A stretch of DNA of 44,002 nucleotides from a virus (lineage: Duplodnaviria > Caudoviricetes), in IMG/VR virus record IMGVR_UViG_3300016722_000150, positions 1 through 44,002 of that record; one strand, 5' to 3'. Of the stretch, positions 1 through 9,045 are shown piece by piece. Below the pieces are notes generated by a model. It worked only from the letters and a program-made list of their open reading frames with translations, was not told the origin of the DNA and did not search any database. The number at the start of each line of letters is the position of its first letter. Positions within the stretch are counted from its first letter, which is position 1. The translations under genes were made by a program, and so were the position numbers.

Positions 1-819
1 TTATTCAACCCCGTTTGGTAGTGGCATTTTTATATAAAACGATGTCCCATTTTTAAACGGGTAGACATAACCCCAATTTCCCTCTTCGTCTTTTACAGCC
101 TCCCCTTGCCAATGCAGTAAATCCATTTTTTTTACAGAAGTCAGATAAAATTCATTGTCAACAAAAAAATAATTTCCTGTCGAATTTTCGGAAAAAGAAA
201 ATGCAAGATAGTTTCTGAATTTTAATGGAGTAGATGAGTAATCAAATTTTTCTTCGTAAACAGTTGTGTTTTTTTTCTCAAATATTGAAACTGGCTTATG
301 GTTTCGGGGAACAGTTGTTTCTATTGTTTTCTTACTGTCCATTTTGTAATAATTAACTGGCATTAAATAAAACTGATACCGGTAAGATTTTGATTTTGGC
401 GGGATAAAAGTAACTCGCTCAGGTTTTATGGTTTTTGATGTAGACGCGCTAACGCCTTCTCTTGCCGAAAGTCCTGGCATAAGTGCCGGGCCATTGTAAT
501 AATACCCTCCGTAATAACTTTCGCCCTTCGATTGCAACTCATCAATCCAGTAATCAAGTTTATCACTGTTGTAGATGAATGAAGAATTTTTCCAATCAAT
601 ATAAATCGGTTTGTTAAGTTTATTATAAACCGAAAAGGACATTACACCCTTATCCGCCCAAAAACTGTATGTTAATTTAATGCTGTCAGTTTCATACACC
701 CAAAAACCATCTGCAAAATTTGTATTAGTGGTTGAAGTATCAAAAACTTGTATAAACTGCTTTGAACAGCTTGAAAATAAGGCTAAGGCTAAAGTGATGA
801 GTAAAATTGTTTTTTTCAT
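1..819 (-). CDS. Lipoprotein, possible lysogenic-conversion or superinfection-exclusion protein
   Basis: MKK + hydrophobic stretch + lipobox FSS-C; immediately downstream of, and co-oriented with, the repressor. Confidence 0.7.
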   Translation of the reverse strand: MKKTILLITLALALFSSCSKQFIQVFDTSTTNTNFADGFWVYETDSIKLTYSFWADKGVMSFSVYNKLNKPIYIDWKNSSFIYNSDKLDYWIDELQSKGESYYGGYYYNGPALMPGLSAREGVSASTSKTIKPERVTFIPPKSKSYRYQFYLMPVNYYKMDSKKTIETTVPRNHKPVSIFEKKNTTVYEEKFDYSSTPLKFRNYLAFSFSENSTGNYFFVDNEFYLTSVKKMDLLHWQGEAVKDEEGNWGYVYPFKNGTSFYIKMPLPNGVE

Positions 820-884
820 TTCATTTTTTTAACGCTTGCAAATTATTTAATAATTTTGTAAATTAGTTCTCTCAAATGTAATTT

Positions 885-1310
885 TTAAGCAACTTCTTCC
901 TTATTATCCACTTCATTTTCAGAAGTTGTCAATGAAAGCAAATTAAGTAACTTACTGATTTGTTTATCTTTCTCTTCTAATTGCCTTTTAAGAAATTCAT
1001 TTTCTTTTAATAGAATAATCATATCGTTTTCATTTTTAGGATCATAAGTTCCATGTTGCTCGTTAGCAACTGTGTTTTTTATAAAAACATCTCCTTTCCC
1101 GATAGTAATATATTCTTTAGAAATTCCAAAATTTATACAAATAGCATTAATAAAATTGTCGGATAATTTTGCCTTATCACTAAGAATATCGGATAAAAAA
1201 GTCCTGGTATAACCAATTTTTTTAGCAAAATCAGACTTATTTATTATTCTTCCATTTGTTTTCAATGTATCTATAACATCTTTAATTCTCTCTAATGCAG
1301 ACTTTTCCAT
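885..1310 (-). CDS. CI-like XRE HTH phage repressor
   Basis: N-terminal HTH (KSDFAKKIGYTRTFLSDIL...GISKEYITIGKG) and C-terminal coiled coil; divergent from the early operon. Confidence 0.85.
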   Translation of the reverse strand: MEKSALERIKDVIDTLKTNGRIINKSDFAKKIGYTRTFLSDILSDKAKLSDNFINAICINFGISKEYITIGKGDVFIKNTVANEQHGTYDPKNENDMIILLKENEFLKRQLEEKDKQISKLLNLLSLTTSENEVDNKEEVA

Positions 1311-1388
1311 TTATTATTAATAATGTTTGCAAATAATAGATAATAACTTAATTTTAAACAAATTATACATATTTAATTAATAATCAGA

Positions 1389-1396
1389 CAAATATA
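1389..1396 (-). promoter_or_regulatory. Putative leftward (repressor) Bacteroidota -7 element TATATTTG
   Basis: Matches TAnnTTTG on the minus strand upstream of cI; abuts the TCAGACA half-site at 1384-1390. Confidence 0.5.
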
Positions 1397-1411
1397 AATT
1401 GTATTTTAAAT

Positions 1412-1428
1412 TGTCTGATATTCAGACA
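1412..1428. promoter_or_regulatory. Candidate repressor operator, 17-bp palindrome TGTCTGA-TAT-TCAGACA
   Basis: Perfect 7-3-7 inverted repeat in the cI/cro intergenic region; degenerate copy TGTCGGA-TTA-ACCGAAT at 1484-1500 and a half-site at 1384-1390. Confidence 0.65.
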
Positions 1429-1507
1429 TTATTATTTAGAATTAATGTTTTTATAAAAATAATTCTGATTTTTTTACATAAAATGTCGGATTAACCGAAT
1501 TGTGCTT

Positions 1508-1515
1508 TATCTTTG
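1508..1515 (+). promoter_or_regulatory. Early rightward promoter -7 element TATCTTTG(CA)
   Basis: Canonical Bacteroidota TAnnTTTG about 40 nt upstream of the first early ATG. Confidence 0.7.
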
Positions 1516-1552
1516 CATCGTTAATTAATCATCAAAAATAACACAAAAGATT

Positions 1553-1843
1553 ATGCAAAGCAATAGCAAAAAGATAGTAAAAAACAAAATTCGTGTAGAC
1601 TTCATGAAATTGAGGGGTTTATATGAAGCATTGCCTCAAAATTCGGTAGGAACGATAGTTAGAAGGCTTGCGGCTAAAGACCGTAAGATTTGTAATCAGA
1701 CAGTTATTAACTGTTTCATACAGTATAAGGTAAGTGGTTTATACGACAGGGAGATAATTGCTGAAGCTATCAACATATTGAATGAACATGGCTACAATAA
1801 GACTTTAGCCGATTATGAACTTCCCGAACCTTCAAAAAACTAA
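1553..1843 (+). CDS. Cro-like or small DNA-binding early protein
   Basis: First gene divergent from the repressor; small, basic and helical; call is positional. Confidence 0.5.
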   Translation: MQSNSKKIVKNKIRVDFMKLRGLYEALPQNSVGTIVRRLAAKDRKICNQTVINCFIQYKVSGLYDREIIAEAINILNEHGYNKTLADYELPEPSKN

Positions 1844-1846
1844 GCC

Positions 1847-1984
1847 ATGACTGCAACTTTAAAGAACACAAAAATCCGGGTACTACTTCTCAAAAAGATA
1901 GAGTACCGGTACATCGCCCAGGTAATAGAATCGGGCGAAAAAATCCAGGTTTATGAAGATGAATTAACATTTGATCAGCCATGA
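1847..1984 (+). CDS. Small hypothetical protein (MTATLKNTKIRVLL...)
   Basis: Hand-translated ORF filling the gap; ends TGA-TAG and overlaps the next ATG (ATGA). Confidence 0.6.
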   Translation: MTATLKNTKIRVLLLKKIEYRYIAQVIESGEKIQVYEDELTFDQP

Positions 1985-2286
1985 TAGAGAAAACAATTAT
2001 CCAGTGCGATAAGGAAGATTTAGCCAGCATCTTCATTGAAACGACAAGTAAGTTAATTATTGAAAACGCTTTCAATAAGTTTTCAAACCGGATGGTTGAC
2101 ACACATACCGCCTGCCAGATTCTTGGGATTACAAAAAACACATTATTCAAATATGTGAACGAAGGTCGGCTAATCAATAAAGGTACACCTGATAAATTCG
2201 AGTTTGACCTTTCAAGTATTCTTAAAACCGACACTAAGAAGTTTAGCAGGGTAGGGGTAATAAATTTTAAACTCTTAAAAAACTAA
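1981..2286 (+). CDS. Excisionase-like HTH protein
   Basis: VDTHTACQILGITKNTLFKYVNEGRL resembles the Xis/HTH_17 pattern. Confidence 0.75.
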   Translation: MIEKTIIQCDKEDLASIFIETTSKLIIENAFNKFSNRMVDTHTACQILGITKNTLFKYVNEGRLINKGTPDKFEFDLSSILKTDTKKFSRVGVINFKLLKN

Positions 2287-2290
2287 AGCC

Positions 2291-2503
2291 ATGTTAGAAC
2301 CTGATAATTGCCCGATTTGTGGAAGCGACGATATTAGATGTGTTGATAGTGAAGAAAGAATACTCTTCCATGCTACCCGTGAAACGCCCGAGGAGACGGA
2401 GCCTGTTTGGCAGGAATGGAAATGTCGGGATTGTGATAACGATTGGTTTGTGGGTAGCGAAAACCCGAAAGAGGAATATGTTCCAGAATTAGAAATGGTA
2501 TAA
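2291..2503 (+). CDS. Small zinc-ribbon protein
   Basis: CPIC...CRDC motifs. Confidence 0.7.
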   Translation: MLEPDNCPICGSDDIRCVDSEERILFHATRETPEETEPVWQEWKCRDCDNDWFVGSENPKEEYVPELEMV

Positions 2504-2620
2504 AAAAAGGGCAGAACCTACAATGTTCCACCCCCAAGAGTATGCACCAACAAAAGTACAACGAAATAATAAAATATTACAAAAACATAAAATCAATTAT
2601 TAACAATTAAAAAACAAGAG

Positions 2621-3151
2621 ATGCAAAAGAGAATCGAATTTCATTACAATGACAAGACAAAAGAATTGTATGTCAGCACAACAGTCCCGTTTGAAAAAGC
2701 AAACCCGGACGATCTGACGGAGGTTACCGAAGAGATGCTGGAAAAGCCAACGGTATTAAAAGCACTAAGACTGATGGGATGTAGCAGTTTTCCTCAACAA
2801 CTGAAACAATATGTTACATGTCTCTACGGTGGCAATGATGATAAGCCGGATATTGACGAAAACGGAAATAATCCGGATTACAGCCATTGCGGAAAGCGCG
2901 GAAACTGCAAATTTGAAGGATTACCTGGTCTTTGCAGTCTGCCTATAATTGACGGCAAAAAACTAACCAGGTCAGACATTGACATTGCCCAAAGACTAAC
3001 CGATGGCAAAATCAGAAAAGAGATAGCAGCCGAAAGATTTACCTCTATCCATACAGTCAACGCACAGATCAGAAAATGGTGTAAAAACTTCGGAATACAT
3101 CAGTCTGAAATTATAAAGAAATCAATTAAAGCAGGAATTGTAAACTTTTAA
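2621..3151 (+). CDS. LuxR-type HTH regulator
   Basis: C-terminal LTRSDIDIAQRLTDGKIRKEIAAERFTSIHTVNAQIRK; Cys-rich middle. Confidence 0.8.
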   Translation: MQKRIEFHYNDKTKELYVSTTVPFEKANPDDLTEVTEEMLEKPTVLKALRLMGCSSFPQQLKQYVTCLYGGNDDKPDIDENGNNPDYSHCGKRGNCKFEGLPGLCSLPIIDGKKLTRSDIDIAQRLTDGKIRKEIAAERFTSIHTVNAQIRKWCKNFGIHQSEIIKKSIKAGIVNF

Positions 3152-3153
3152 CC

Positions 3154-3309
3154 ATGTCTTTTATATACAAAATACTGATTGTCCTTTCATCAACAGCTTT
3201 AATAGTTGTAGCTCTTTATCTAAGATTCTTATATAAAGAACATCGAACATCAAAGCGATCAAACAATCAAATTAACCTCTCAAAAATTGATAAACGCTAT
3301 GAATTGTAA
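3154..3309 (+). CDS. Small membrane protein
   Basis: Hand-translated 51-aa ORF with a hydrophobic N-terminal segment, filling the gap. Confidence 0.45.
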   Translation: MSFIYKILIVLSSTALIVVALYLRFLYKEHRTSKRSNNQINLSKIDKRYEL

Positions 3310-3526
3310 TACAGCAGAACTGATAGAGAAGCACGAAAAAGCAATTAAAGTGCTTGGAGCCATCAATCATTTTGAACGGACTATCACAACTATTGAAAAC
3401 TCAAAGCGGATGTTCCCCGGCTTCTATCACGCCGAACAACTTGAAAAATGGGAGCGAAACATCGAAATCGACAAGATGTGCATTGACAGACTGAAACAAA
3501 GATATAACAAAATATTAAATAATTAA
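3299..3526 (+). CDS. Hypothetical protein
   Basis: ORF in the early operon with an ATG start. Confidence 0.6.
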   Translation: MNCNTAELIEKHEKAIKVLGAINHFERTITTIENSKRMFPGFYHAEQLEKWERNIEIDKMCIDRLKQRYNKILNN

Positions 3527-3530
3527 CAAT

Positions 3531-3905
3531 ATGGAACTTACAGGAATAGTAATTAAAGTATTGCCTTTACAGAGTGGTGAAGGCAGAAATGGAATCTGGA
3601 AAAAACAGGAATACGTAATAGAAACCGAAGAGCAATACCCTAAAAAAATATGCTTCTCGATGTGGGGAGAAAGGATTGATAACGCTAACATCAAAGAAGG
3701 TGAGCAAATCACTATCTCCTTCGATGTAGAAAGTAGGGAATATGAAGGCAAATGGTACACTCAGGTAACCGCTTGGAAAGCGGTTAAGATGTCCAATCAG
3801 CCTGCCGCCGGTGAGCCAAAACATTATTACGAACCGCCGACTAAGGATAAAACACCGGGCAATGATTTGCCACCGGAAGCCCCAGAGGATGACTTACCTT
3901 TTTAG
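3531..3905 (+). CDS. DUF3127-like single-stranded DNA-binding protein
   Basis: WKKQEYVIET-QYPKKICF...SREYEGKWYT and an acidic DDLPF tail. Confidence 0.88.
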   Translation: MELTGIVIKVLPLQSGEGRNGIWKKQEYVIETEEQYPKKICFSMWGERIDNANIKEGEQITISFDVESREYEGKWYTQVTAWKAVKMSNQPAAGEPKHYYEPPTKDKTPGNDLPPEAPEDDLPF

Positions 3906-3952
3906 TAACTAATTAAATAACAATAAATTAAACTTTTTAAAAAACAAAGAGC

Positions 3953-6064
3953 ATGACACTAATTAAAAAAAGTACAGAATTGAACATCGACGTTAAAATT
4001 AAAATGTTGATTTACGGCCAGGCTGGAATCGGGAAAGCACAGCCCATTTATGCAAATATTCTAACTCCAAATGGATTTAGGAAAATATCCGAATTGAAAG
4101 TTGGAGACAGCGTAATTGGATTGAACGGAAAAACACAAACAGTTCTTGGTATTTATCCGCAAGGAGTGAGACCTGTTTATAAATTAACTACAAATGATGA
4201 CTCTATTGCTTTCTGTGATGAAGAGCATATTTGGACTGTAAGGCATTCAACAGGAAATAGCCGAAAAGCAGGATTCAGAAATTATACATTAAAACAAATG
4301 TTGGAAAAAGGTATAATTTGTCCACAAACTCCACGCGAAAAAGAAACAGGAAGAAAGGCAATGTCAAGATTTGAATTGCCTGTTATTGAGGCTTCTATGT
4401 TTGAAGAAAAGCAGTTTGATATTCACCCTTATATTCTTGGGGTTCTTATTGGTGACGGTTCACTAACAGAAAGTGTTGCCACATTTTCAAACCCTGATAT
4501 TGACGATGAAATTTACCATCATGCATGCAATGTCATTGAAAAGGGATTTCTCATTGAACGTTACGAACATCCGAGTTGTCCGAAATGCCATATTGTTATG
4601 GAAGTAAATAAAAAAGGTGATGGATATATTAATAGAATCAAGAAGCTGAAATTAAATGTTACTTCTGAAAATAAGTTTATTCCAGAACAATATATGCTTG
4701 GAAGTATATCTCAACGCTACGATCTACTTCGTGGGCTAATGGATACGGATGGCTCCGCAAACAAGAATCGTATTTGTTTTTCATCTTCGTCTGAAATATT
4801 AGCACATGATGTAAAAAATTTAGTATTGTCTTTGGGAGGAATAGCAAAAATACATGTTTACAAAAGGAAGGACAAAGGAACAGAATACAAGGTTAATATA
4901 AATACTCCTGAATGTCCATTCTTCTTAAAGAGAAAAGCCGAAGAATGGTCAAGACACACCATATCACGATATATAATTAATGCCGAAAAGATAGAAAATT
5001 GTGAATGTATTTGTATTAAAGTGTCAAATGATGATGAACTTTATGTTACAGATAATTATATCGTAACGCATAATACAACTATCGCAATATCAGCACCTAA
5101 GCCATTATTATTTGATTTCGATGGGGGTATTCATCGGGTGAACTTCGCACATCTGGAAGGGGTAGACACCGTTCAGGTTGGTAGTTACGATGATTTCCTT
5201 GAAGTTTTAAATAACGAAGATTTATCAGCTTATGAATCGTTAGTGATTGATACGGGTGGGAAAGCCTTGGATTATATGGCCACTTACCTGATCAAGAAAA
5301 ATTCAAAGCTTGGTAAAAGTAACGGGACATTAACATTACAAGGGTACGGCGAAAGAAAAGCCGAATTTTCCGCCCTGTGTAAGAGGGTTTCATCGCTAAA
5401 TAAGCATATTATTTTTGTCGCCCATCGTGAAACAAGGCAGGATGGAGACGATATGAAATATGTGCCTTTATTTGGAGGCTCAAATTATGATTCACTCGTA
5501 ACCGAACTTGACCTCGTTGGCTATCTTGAAGCCAATGGACGCAAGCGTACCATTACCTTTGATCCGACCAGCCGGAATGATGGTAAGAACACCTGTAATC
5601 TGCCCGCCCAGATGAATATTCCCAATATCGTTGACGAAAAGGGGAACGCCACGGCTCCAAACAACTTCTTAACTGAAAACATCATCAAACCTTATGTTGC
5701 ACGGTTACAAGAGAGGAAAGAAATGGTCGCTAAATACGATGCTATTATCTCCGACCTCTCAGTCCAGATAGACCTTATTACTGACGAAGAAACAGCTAAC
5801 GAGTTTATCGGTAGGATTAACAATTTTGAACATGTTGGAAGCAGTAAACTGATGGCTGCCCACATGCTTAATATCCATTGCAAAAATTTAGGGTTGGTGT
5901 TAAATGCAAAAACTAAGAGATATGAGGCTGCACCGGTTTCACCAGCTGCAAAACCTACTCCGGTTCCACCAGCTGCACCAGCTGCAAAACCTGCATCCGT
6001 TCCAACAGTTGCAAAACCTGCAAAGCCTGCATCTGTTCCAACAAATCAAAGCAGTTTACTATAA
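3953..6064 (+). CDS. Sak4-like AAA ATPase (AAA_24) recombinase interrupted by an intein
   Basis: Walker A YGQAGIGK|TT split by the intein; LLFDFDGG, LVIDT and FVAH motifs; Pro/Ala-rich tail. Confidence 0.85.
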   Translation: MTLIKKSTELNIDVKIKMLIYGQAGIGKAQPIYANILTPNGFRKISELKVGDSVIGLNGKTQTVLGIYPQGVRPVYKLTTNDDSIAFCDEEHIWTVRHSTGNSRKAGFRNYTLKQMLEKGIICPQTPREKETGRKAMSRFELPVIEASMFEEKQFDIHPYILGVLIGDGSLTESVATFSNPDIDDEIYHHACNVIEKGFLIERYEHPSCPKCHIVMEVNKKGDGYINRIKKLKLNVTSENKFIPEQYMLGSISQRYDLLRGLMDTDGSANKNRICFSSSSEILAHDVKNLVLSLGGIAKIHVYKRKDKGTEYKVNINTPECPFFLKRKAEEWSRHTISRYIINAEKIENCECICIKVSNDDELYVTDNYIVTHNTTIAISAPKPLLFDFDGGIHRVNFAHLEGVDTVQVGSYDDFLEVLNNEDLSAYESLVIDTGGKALDYMATYLIKKNSKLGKSNGTLTLQGYGERKAEFSALCKRVSSLNKHIIFVAHRETRQDGDDMKYVPLFGGSNYDSLVTELDLVGYLEANGRKRTITFDPTSRNDGKNTCNLPAQMNIPNIVDEKGNATAPNNFLTENIIKPYVARLQERKEMVAKYDAIISDLSVQIDLITDEETANEFIGRINNFEHVGSSKLMAAHMLNIHCKNLGLVLNAKTKRYEAAPVSPAAKPTPVPPAAPAAKPASVPTVAKPAKPASVPTNQSSLL
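4037..5074 (+). mobile_element. 346-aa intein with LAGLIDADG homing endonuclease (class 3-like)
   Basis: Starts AQP and ends VTHN before Thr+1; block B CDEEHIW; LAGLIDADG motifs YILGVLIGDG and LLRGLMDTDG. Confidence 0.93.
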
Positions 6065-6089
6065 GGCATTGCCTTTAAAAAAATAAGTT

Positions 6090-6875
6090 ATGAAGCCTAA
6101 TTACAGATTTTATGCAACATTGCTCGATGCATTTCAGGGGTATTTATCCTCCTCTGAAATGTACCAGCAATTTTGGGGATCATCTGAGAACCCTGCAAAG
6201 ACAGAGGAAGAGTTTGAGCAAGAACAATACCAATCCCTCATTGATAACATTAACCGTGTACCCTTTGACAGCGAGGCAGCCGATAAGGGAACAGCATTCA
6301 ATGAGGTTGTGGATTGCTTAATCGAACACCGTAAATCAGAGAAAATGGATATTAAATCAGACAAGGGGAATGGGATTATCAATGTAAACTATAACAGCAG
6401 AACCTTTGAGTTTCCCTTAGCTCTTTGTCTTGAATTTTCTAATTATTTCAGAGGAGCATTGACTCAGCAACGAGTTTCCGGGTTGGTTTATACAGGATTG
6501 GGAATCGTTGAAGTCTATGGAGTTACCGATGAGATAATGCCATTAAAAGTTCATGACATCAAGACAACAGGGAGATACAATGCCTTTAAATTTAAAAAAC
6601 ACTGGCAGCATATTGTTTACCCGTTCTGCCTGCTTCAAAATGGAAACGGTGTTTATGATTTTGAATATGACATTACCGACTTTCAGAAGATTTACGTAGA
6701 AAATTACACTTTCAACCCTGATATTCATATTCAACAGCTGGTCAATCATTGTGAAAGATTAATCCAGTTTATTGAAAATAACATGGATAAGATTGATTTA
6801 ACTACAACCAAAATATTTGGTAATAATGACAACAATAGAGGAATTGCAGCAAATGCAATCATATTTGGAAATTAA
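6090..6875 (+). CDS. PD-(D/E)XK exonuclease-like protein
   Basis: GTAFNE...GVTD...DIKTT...WQH.VY motifs; adjacent to the Sak4-like ATPase and SSB. Confidence 0.75.
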   Translation: MKPNYRFYATLLDAFQGYLSSSEMYQQFWGSSENPAKTEEEFEQEQYQSLIDNINRVPFDSEAADKGTAFNEVVDCLIEHRKSEKMDIKSDKGNGIINVNYNSRTFEFPLALCLEFSNYFRGALTQQRVSGLVYTGLGIVEVYGVTDEIMPLKVHDIKTTGRYNAFKFKKHWQHIVYPFCLLQNGNGVYDFEYDITDFQKIYVENYTFNPDIHIQQLVNHCERLIQFIENNMDKIDLTTTKIFGNNDNNRGIAANAIIFGN

Positions 6876-7206
6876 CTGCTCAAACTCGCCAGAGGAAATA
6901 GAGGAAAGAATCAGCACTCTTAACGTGTATATGGCACGTTCAGGGCAGATGTTGGCTGATGCAAAAAAATTACTGCGAAGTAAAAGAACCGAACAGATAA
7001 GCCAAACCATCATCAAGATAGCGAAGGAATCCTGTTTGTCTGCTACTGTGCAAAACGCACTACTTGATAGCATTTGTGAAAATGAATCTTACCTGGTGGA
7101 CTGGACGGAAAGAGTAAACCGGAGTTGCACCCATCAGCTTGATTCATTACGAAGCCTTTTATCCTTTGAAAAAGAAGAACTAAGAATGACTAAATCAGAA
7201 TGTTAA
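6826..7206 (+). CDS. Helical hypothetical phage protein
   Basis: ORF overlapping the upstream gene end. Confidence 0.65.
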   Translation: MTTIEELQQMQSYLEINCSNSPEEIEERISTLNVYMARSGQMLADAKKLLRSKRTEQISQTIIKIAKESCLSATVQNALLDSICENESYLVDWTERVNRSCTHQLDSLRSLLSFEKEELRMTKSEC

Positions 7207-7244
7207 AATTAACACTTTTAAACTAACAATCAAAAACTTATAAA

Positions 7245-7667
7245 ATGCCAGAAAAGCAATTATTACCGGATGAACCGGAAGAAAAGCGGATACAATATTT
7301 GACCAATTCCGCAGCAAAAATTGAAGAGAATTTTTCCTACACACATCACTTCACAGAGGAAGAGCTTTCCGAAAAGAAAGATGCCCTATCCGAAACTGCC
7401 ATTGATATTGCTAATGTCAATGCTGATTTTGCGGATGTTAAAAAGGAATTTAAGAAGCAGCTTAAAGCCAAAAGTCAAGTAATGGTTGATCTTATATCCG
7501 CCCTAAAATTCAAATCAGAACAGGTTACCGGAACCGTCTACATGATAGACTATCAGGACGAGGGTATCATGGGCTACTATAACGAAAAGGGCGAACTCGT
7601 TTCCCAACGTAAACTTTTACAAGGTGAGCGTCAACTAAGCCTGTTAAAAGCAATAGGCGAAAATTAA
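7245..7667 (+). CDS. Coiled-coil hypothetical phage protein
   Basis: Long ORF with AT-rich leader; coiled-coil character. Confidence 0.7.
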   Translation: MPEKQLLPDEPEEKRIQYLTNSAAKIEENFSYTHHFTEEELSEKKDALSETAIDIANVNADFADVKKEFKKQLKAKSQVMVDLISALKFKSEQVTGTVYMIDYQDEGIMGYYNEKGELVSQRKLLQGERQLSLLKAIGEN

Positions 7668-7702
7668 TTAACTAATAACCAAACAACTAAATAATTAAAT
7701 AA

Positions 7703-8413
7703 ATGGACAACGAAGAAGAAAAAATCAACGTAACTGTTGACGGAACAGTTAAAGAATTAGTAATCCGCCACGGGGAAGCTGCCCCGATTTTGCAACCCAG
7801 ACATTTTGCGTTTACAGGAACTATTGATGCTCCGTTTTTATACGCCAAAGGAAAATCCTTACCCGTTGCTCCGGCAGTAGTGCATTTCAACATAGATAGT
7901 GGAGTAATTTGTTTCGAGGAAAATCCTACTGATGGACTTGCTGCTGTCGTTTACGGGCAGATTGATATTAGTGAGGAAATTGAAAAATGGGGCATTAATA
8001 ACCCTAAAATCAGTTACACATCGCTTGAACTTGGACGGTTTATTAAACTTAATCGCTACTATTTTGAAAAGAAAGAGGTAGCGATAAATTTAGCCGGGAT
8101 TTTAATGGATTTAAGGATTAAGGTTGAAAAGAACATTCAGGCGGCTGATGATAACCGGGGTAATGTTCGTAAAGAGCTATCACAAAAAATTATTAATAAC
8201 TCCATCCCTGAATCATTCGCTATCAATATCCATATCATTAAGGGATTTCCGCCTTTGACTATTGAGGTTTCAATTGAAATTGACCCCGATAACTTTGAAT
8301 GCAGGTTGGTAAGCTACGAACTTGAACAGAAGATAGAGGAGATCAAACTATCCATGATGGATGATGAGCTTAAGAAGTTTCGTGAAGCCGGGTTTGTAGT
8401 GTTAGAAAGGTAA
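7703..8413 (+). CDS. Hypothetical phage protein
   Basis: 236-aa ORF with AT-rich leader. Confidence 0.7.
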   Translation: MDNEEEKINVTVDGTVKELVIRHGEAAPILQPRHFAFTGTIDAPFLYAKGKSLPVAPAVVHFNIDSGVICFEENPTDGLAAVVYGQIDISEEIEKWGINNPKISYTSLELGRFIKLNRYYFEKKEVAINLAGILMDLRIKVEKNIQAADDNRGNVRKELSQKIINNSIPESFAINIHIIKGFPPLTIEVSIEIDPDNFECRLVSYELEQKIEEIKLSMMDDELKKFREAGFVVLER

Positions 8414-8424
8414 TACTGGCATTT

Positions 8425-8497
8425 ACGGGTGTAGCTCAACTGGCAGAGCAGCGGTCTCCAAAACCGAGAGTTGTGGGTTCGATTCCTTCCACCCGTG
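8425..8497 (+). tRNA. tRNA-Trp(CCA) with a 4-bp anticodon stem
   Basis: Acceptor ACGGGTG/CACCCGT, discriminator G; D-stem GCTC/GAGC; anticodon arm GCGGT-CTCCAAA-ACCGA (G27:A43 unpaired); T-loop TTCGATT. Confidence 0.95.
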
Positions 8498-8542
8498 CAA
8501 AATTTAAACAACTAACTTAATAACAACTTAATACTTTTTAAA

Positions 8543-8896
8543 ATGAACATGTCTAAAACAAAAGAAGGGGGATTAGCACTGAAATTCGACAAAAAGGAAA
8601 CGCAATTAGTAATGACGGTGATAATAGGTGAACCTGACCCGGAAGAAATTATTGAAGAGAAAAAAGACCCGTTAAAATACCTACATGGCAACACAAGATT
8701 GTTGCTGTCCGAATTGCATAAAAGTTTCGGAGACAAGGCAATCAGTCGGGACGATAAACTTTTAAAGGAGCTAAGAAAGAGATATTACATTCCCGATTTC
8801 TCTCAAACATTAAAGGTTTGGGAAAAAAGAGGCCTGTGTTCGGTTCATAATAATGAACATGGCCACATGGATTTTTTCAAGTTGTGTCTTTCATAA
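8543..8896 (+). CDS. Hypothetical protein between the two tRNAs
   Basis: 117-aa ORF with AT-rich leader. Confidence 0.65.
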   Translation: MNMSKTKEGGLALKFDKKETQLVMTVIIGEPDPEEIIEEKKDPLKYLHGNTRLLLSELHKSFGDKAISRDDKLLKELRKRYYIPDFSQTLKVWEKRGLCSVHNNEHGHMDFFKLCLS

Positions 8897-8924
8897 GATT
8901 TTTTGCAGGTTAAATCCAATTAAA

Positions 8925-8998
8925 TGCGGGATAGAGCAGCGGACAGCTCGCTGGTTTCATAAGGTCAGAGGTCATGGGTTCGAGTCCCATTCCCGCTA
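8925..8998 (+). tRNA. Initiator-like tRNA-Met(CAT) with an aberrant anticodon arm
   Basis: T1:T72 mismatch, GCGGGA/TCCCGC acceptor, A11:U24 pair, perfect T arm; anticodon arm CTGGT-TTCATAAG-GTCAG (8-nt loop). Confidence 0.8.
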
Positions 8999-9045
8999 CA
9001 AATTTTAATCAATCAACATTTAAAACAATTTAAAAAATCACAAAA

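Noticed and set aside
5925-6045. Short GCAAAACCT-type repeats as a CRISPR array or regulatory array
   Set aside because: They encode the Pro/Ala/Lys tail of the ATPase; there is no repeat-spacer structure
8314-8511. Minus-strand 65-aa ORF
   Set aside because: Antisense of tRNA-Trp and of the upstream gene end
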